Assembly: GCA_051362555.1 (NCBI GenBank)
Contig: CM120641.1
Span: 38,942,401-39,006,400, forward strand
Length of the DNA stretch: 64,000 bases
Direction: 5' to 3'
Source: Lingula anatina
Lineage: Eukaryota; Animalia; Brachiopoda
A program made the translations under genes and the position numbers. A model generated the notes under the pieces. That model was given only the letters and a program-made list of their open reading frames with translations, was not told the origin of the DNA and made no database searches. Of the stretch, positions 58,214-64,000 are shown piece after piece. Numbering within the stretch: position 1 is the stretch's first letter; the number at the start of each line of letters is the position of its first letter.

Positions 58214-60142
58214 ATGAAGTTGGTTCTACTGTTCGTAGCGGTTGCTGCTCTGGTTTTTGCCGAGGCGGCAGATTTCTATGGGTGTAAGTATTACCACAAC
58301 ATTATGGATCGTAAATTTTGATTATATGTTTAATAATGAACTAAGTTTTATCAGTTTTATCAAAGTTTGTATCTTGACAAATAGATTAAGCTAGTGGAAA
58401 GAAGCCACATCCTGTTAACTGTGAAGCAATATAGAGCAGAAAATTAGAGGACTGTCAAAATTTATTTCATAAATACTTCCCTACTGCTTTCTAGCATGCG
58501 AATAAACATGGTCCGTCAGTTTCGAAAAACGAACACGAGACGCATATATGGTTTAGAACTCTTGTACTGGTGAAAGGAGTCCTTGTTGATAAAAAACGTT
58601 CAGCACATCCAAATCTATATGTTAGATTTTTAACGAATAAGGGGGTTGCTTTTGTAATCGAAATTTTAACTTGATCAGATCATATTTATGCATTTTAACT
58701 GACTTTGTTGTAAAAATAACGGAATAATGTGGAATTATGCAATCGTCTCAACGACAATTAGTTTCGATAGGGTGGTCCGATATCCAAACTGGAATTATAA
58801 ATTATAATTATAATTAACATTACCATTAAGACCATGGAATAGTTCAGTGGTGGGCCTGTGCATTGAAATGGAGATTGACAAACTCCAAGACTCCCGTGGA
58901 CGGCTGTGGAAGATTTTGTGAAACGCATCTTTGTTTCGCTCAAGCTAACATTTCATTTCATTCACCGTTTTAGCGTGCCCGGAGAACTGCTTACAGCGGT
59001 TTTGTCACTTTGAGAGGGGCTGCACTCGTTGCAAACCTGGATACATTTTGTTCAGAGACTATGAGACGGAGGACAAACTGCTGGAAAGGTAAGATTTTCT
59101 TGAGCTATTCTGAAACATTATTGGCTCTTCAATAGCTTTTAATTCTTACTGCCTACTCTGCAAGTATTGGAATTTTTGCATATTTTTTTTTCTGGAACGG
59201 AACATAAAATTACCAGATCTAAAAATAATTCTTTAAGTAGCAAAATATAGTCCTTTAATGTGCGAAAACATATTGCACAAAATTATCGATAGTTCGCGTA
59301 ATTTTAAGATTAGAAAAGCAAGCGATTGTTCAAACAACTAGATTTAAAGGCACGCATTGGACGTTTTCTGTGTTTTTAAAAGGAGTGACAAAGTTTGCAA
59401 GAGATAGAGCAAAATACTCACACATGCCTGACGATGGAAATCTCTTATTATTTGGGAGCGTCTGAATTCGCAGATTATGAAATAAGGATACAGTCACGCC
59501 ACCGTGCGGCAACGCTAACTTGCAAACTAAAAACAAACGAGAGATTCGCCATTCCTGCTCCTTATGTGACTTGTTTCCTTATTTAAGAGAGGGTATATGT
59601 GACTGAGTCAATGTTCAAAAGGACTTTCAGTCGTGGAATGACTACATGTACCTTCCTGCCCAGTGCGTGCATTAGGTTACATACAAAGTGAAACGGCACA
59701 CAATCCAGATAACTGTTCTAAATCGGCTTAAACCGAGTAAATGTGATATTAAAGTTATATTTAGGGAATACTTTTTTTAGAATTGAACGCGATTATCGAT
59801 GGTTGTTTAGTATGCTATGAATTTGTTGAATACGCTGAAAATTTTGTGCATTTTCGCTCCGTAGTACCTTTTGTTGTCCCTAAAAGTTCCTTAGAAATGC
59901 AGGCATTACTTTCAATATACCAATGCTTATATACAACCGATATTGAGTCCATTTTTACTTTTCATTCAGTTATTCATTTTTAAACCATCTTTTACTGGAA
60001 TATCATTAAGTTTTTATTTGTCCAATTCAGTTATGGTACCTGTGTGCAGAAATGCCCAGCGGATTACTACACCCTCGATAGAAAGAAGTGCATTCGGAGA
60101 GAGGAGATAAAAACTACACCGCCTCCCAAAGAAGAAAACTAA
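58214..60142 (+). CDS. Small secreted Cys-rich protein with one furin-like domain resembling R-spondin Fu1, 98 aa, 3 exons
   Basis: Exons 58214-58283, 58974-59088 and 60031-60142 (GT-AG, phases 1 and 2). Protein MKLVLLFVAVAALVFAEA-ADFYGSCPENCLQRFCHFERGCTRCKPGYILFRDYETEDKLLESYGTCVQKCPADYYTLDRKKCIRREEIKTTPPPKEEN*. Good Kozak context (ACCATGA), signal peptide, 8 Cys in furin-repeat spacing. Confidence 0.85.
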
Positions 60143-61213
60143 TTCCTACGTAATGCAATCGACACAAAGAAAATGGACACAATACACACACCATTTGTCA
60201 AACCATTGCGAGTTAAGGACTTGTAACTTTTGACTTTCATAGCTGTGATTTCTCGATTTAAACTCTACTGCAAACGGGAGAGACCTTCTTTTTGGAAAGG
60301 ACACGAATTACGACAGAACCAACATGTTACTTCATTTGTTAAATATTAGTTGCAGCTCTCAATACAAACTATTTGAAGAAACCTTTTCTTGAAAATGAAT
60401 AACGTTAGACCGTCTCCTTTACGTCAGGCATTCAGTTTAACAAGAACGTTATGCAGTACTTTTGTTAATTAAAAAATCAAATAAATTATTTCATTGTGGG
60501 CAAAAGGCGACCGCCATTTCAGAGTACAGATTATGATAATTTTCATACGGTTAAGAAGAATACATTGATCCCTTCCAATTTGTCTCAATTTATCCCGTTT
60601 TATGGTATGTTGTGCTAAAAAACTAATATCTAGCAAAGATAGCTACTAATGATGTGCAACAAATATTTGGGAAATAAAATTTTGTTAAAATCAACTACTT
60701 AAGTAAATTTCATCGCTCTAGAGCCCCAGCTCTAGATATAACTCAAATTGTTTTATCTTTATTTTATACTGAACAGCTTCTTTCTGTTCAGAGCTCAACT
60801 TGGAATCAATAGCCTATTCAACTGAATAAAGTTGTATTGTTAACACTGAAACAAATGGAATTCAGACAGAAACTGTAGAAAACATCCACAAAAAATTTAT
60901 TGCATTACTTTACCCAATGGGTATACACAAAACATCTATTTCACAAATCAATATTTATAGAGTATGATTTTCATTACTCTCTGCACCACTATGATCAGCT
61001 CTTAATCTTTTTCTTATTTACAATGACAATTGTGTGTATTTCAGCATTTGAAGTTGTTGAAATATTAGAGGTATGGAAATGGAGGTTCTGAGAGAGTGCT
61101 ACTATAAAGCACCTACTGAACACATTAGAATACATAGGTCACTGTTGAATGTGAAAATGTCAACTGGCTTCTTTTAAACTGTTCGGTATATTAGGGAAAC
61201 CACATCAGAACCT

Positions 61214-64000
61214 TTATTGAGAAGTTTCCTTCCTGACTTTCCATGAGGAATCCTCCTCCACAGCAGGATTATGTGGCCCTAAGAGAGTAACTGAGGTGTC
61301 AGCACTTGACTGAAAATACCTACAATACAAAACATACAATGATTTACTATACGATAATATATACAATTCAATGAGCATTTTTTTCACCTACACAAGTAAG
61401 AATGATCCATACATGTTCATACTTGAAAATCTCTTCCTATGGATTTCCTTGAGAGCATCATTAAAATATATCAATTCTAATGATATTAAAAAATCTGACT
61501 TTTCAATTTTGAAAATTTTCTGTCTATCCATCGCATCACACTAATTGGAATGGCTGGTCATTATTTTCTAAAAAATTTTAGGTAATCTACTGGTCTTCAC
61601 AAGACATTACTTGATGGACTATTACCACGACTACTATATGACCCACCTGTTTGCCACCTCCACCATCTGGTCTTTCGTACACTTCTTTAACTGGTCTCTG
61701 TGTTCCTTCCTCATATCATCTGTCAAGTGTCCAAGAAATAATGGCAATCCTCGCTTCCCTGGGGCAACAGGCTTGTCAACCTGAAAGACCACAGGTGACC
61801 CGTTTCATTTACTTTTTCAGATTTTAAGACTCAAAACAAGTCATTCCCTTGATGCAGAGCAGTAAATGCTGAAAGGAACATCTACTTCTGAGATTTCTGC
61901 CCCTGTTTTACAGATAGGAATTCATTTCAAATTTCAAAGAGCCAAAGACTTTTTACCTGTTGGAACACTCCCAGTATAGACTCTTCCACATCTTGTTGAC
62001 TGTACTCTCCAGCTTTAGCCCATGACATGCTCTGATCAAACACCTCCAAAGTTTCCAAAGATCTTGGATCTCTGGAAATAATATAAATGATTTTTTTTTT
62101 TTGCATTTCTCTCCTCAATCACTGTACTGAATACTGTTAATATCACCAAGGAGTGATGTTCTGGTTTCAGAAGTTCTGTAAAAGAACTGCAAACACCAAT
62201 CTTTATATTTCTGTAGAGCAGCGGCACTGACAGAAAATTGATGAAAAAGATATCAACTAAAACATTTACACTGCATGAACATATATGTATGAAATCTTAG
62301 ACAAAATGCTGTATATTGATATTTTTGTGTTGAAACATTTATTCTGAAAAAAAATCTATATTTGTGAAACCTTAAAGTATTTATTTGGGGAAAAAAAGAA
62401 AAAAACACACATGCACTGCATTTCATATTTTACCAAAATTTACCTGTAAGAAAAAAACTGGAACACCCCAGGTGTGTTACTTGTTGCTCCCCCTCCATAA
62501 GCTCCACCTTTCTCTCTGAAAATAAATAAATGAATGACATAACTGATAACACCGTAAATGAACCATAATTACCCAGTTGTGTTCCTCTTCTTGGGATACC
62601 ACAGTTTCCAAAACTTTTGCCAACCAACTGTCTCTTATAAAAAAATAAATCACTTCCATCACTTCTGTTAAGTAAGAATGAAAGAAAATGAACTAATGCA
62701 GATTAACGAGCAATTAATTCCACACCAACAAAGTGGGCCTTATCATCCTCACCTGATTTCCCTGTGCAAATATTTGCTGGACATTAATTTGGCAAGTACC
62801 TGTAATCTGAAAGAGAGGAAAACATGGCACTCTATAGAATAGTGATGGATGTATTTGTTCCTTTAATCATTTCTAAGTCTCTCGAGTATGCCCTCAGGTT
62901 AAACATTGTCTTGAAATGGGAATGATATTTGACAGAAGACATTTGAGCTGCACACCTCCCCCCCTTCAGCTCAATATTTTTTGTTCCAAATAATTAGTGA
63001 CTATAACTTTTTAATCATAGATTTTAAAATATCATCAAAAAATCATATCCACCAATAACTGTATAACATCTATGTATGATTCTAAAAATCTCAAAAGTAA
63101 CAAGGCATTATAATCATGGCAATGCAGCAAAGTGTTGTGCAGCAAAGTGTTAAAAATATCTACTGTAGTATGTGTGAAGCAGTAAAAATGTACCATGTGC
63201 AACTACATATGTCTTACTTGGCAAAATCAGGGTGATTGAAAGGCACAGTAGGGACACTCTGCGCAGCAAAATTCACAGAGAATGGCAGTTCAAAGTGGTT
63301 CTTGTCAGGCTTGGCACTGAATATTGTGTCCTGTGAAAATATTGTAATAAGGTATATATTTTAAAAATACAAGTTCTAGTATTAACCTTTTCTTCTACTA
63401 AAAATATAACCTTTTTTAAGGAAAAAACATTGAAGGATATCTTTGTATGAGGTAATGGAGATGGGAAATGAAACTTTCTCAACCTTAAAACTATTGCAAT
63501 CAAAAGAATTATAATATCAAAGTAATAGTACAATAATGTTTGGCCTACAGCTAATTTTGCTTCATTGCAGGATGTCCATTATATCAGTCCTCTTATATCT
63601 TTAAAATAAATATCAGAAAATATACACGGTATGTATGTATTTCTATGCAGAGACTTCTATGCATGCCCACCTGAACAAGAATGTCATTGTCCCTTGTCTT
63701 ACTGAGCACAGGTAAAGATGTGAGGAAAGATTCTGTTGACATCATTACCTGGGCACTGGACTCTGGGCTTACATTGACAGCAACTCTAGAGGGTGAAATA
63801 AGTAGACATCATAAACAAAGTAAAGCATACATAAACATACACATCAATATTTATCCAAGAAGAATTAGTCATGATAGCAACCGACAGATGGTTAAAGAAT
63901 CCCTGAGCAGAATGCTTTGACAAAAATTAAAATAATATATACTGACAAGTAATTTATGACTAAGAATGATAACAATGGATACTTATGCATGTTACTTACC
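61214..64000 (-). CDS. PITRM1: Mitochondrial presequence protease (M16C), 3' part; continues beyond the window
   Basis: Exons (minus) 63671-63785, 63218-63330, 62753-62806, 62444-62515, 61957-62071, 61647-61780 and 61214-61319, plus a donor at the window edge. Motifs HFELPFSVNF, YLHREIREKGGAYGGGA, FFSYRDP, VFQQVDKPVAPG. Confidence 0.95.

Overview
Eukaryotic, AT-rich, intron-containing invertebrate DNA, most likely lophotrochozoan (e.g. mollusc; inferred from repeat types). Most ORFs in the track are spurious or are exon fragments. I reconstructed these spliced genes by hand from GT-AG sites and frame continuity: a class A neuropeptide-type GPCR (+, 8069-22324); PP2A catalytic subunit (-) head-to-head with RACK1 (+), whose introns host three box C/D snoRNAs; a WBP1/VOPP1 (Shisa-like) membrane protein (-) head-to-head with LAMTOR3 (+); a partial duplicate of that pair; a 98-aa secreted single furin-domain protein resembling R-spondin Fu1 (+); and the 3' part of PITRM1 (-). 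Mobile DNA includes Tc1 fossils, a Merlin-type foldback MITE, a 5.2-kb Helentron-type element carrying a 146-bp satellite, and a TA-flanked TIR element. Best leads: (1) probable UGA-C stop-codon readthrough giving the GPCR a 94-aa extension and a different PDZ-ligand C-terminus; (2) the mini R-spondin-like protein; (3) TACATGTA motifs that paralog comparisons show are TA+CATGTA insertions, i.e. likely Tc1 excision footprints; (4) the RACK1 snoRNA set, including a guide-mutated SNORD96 paralog.
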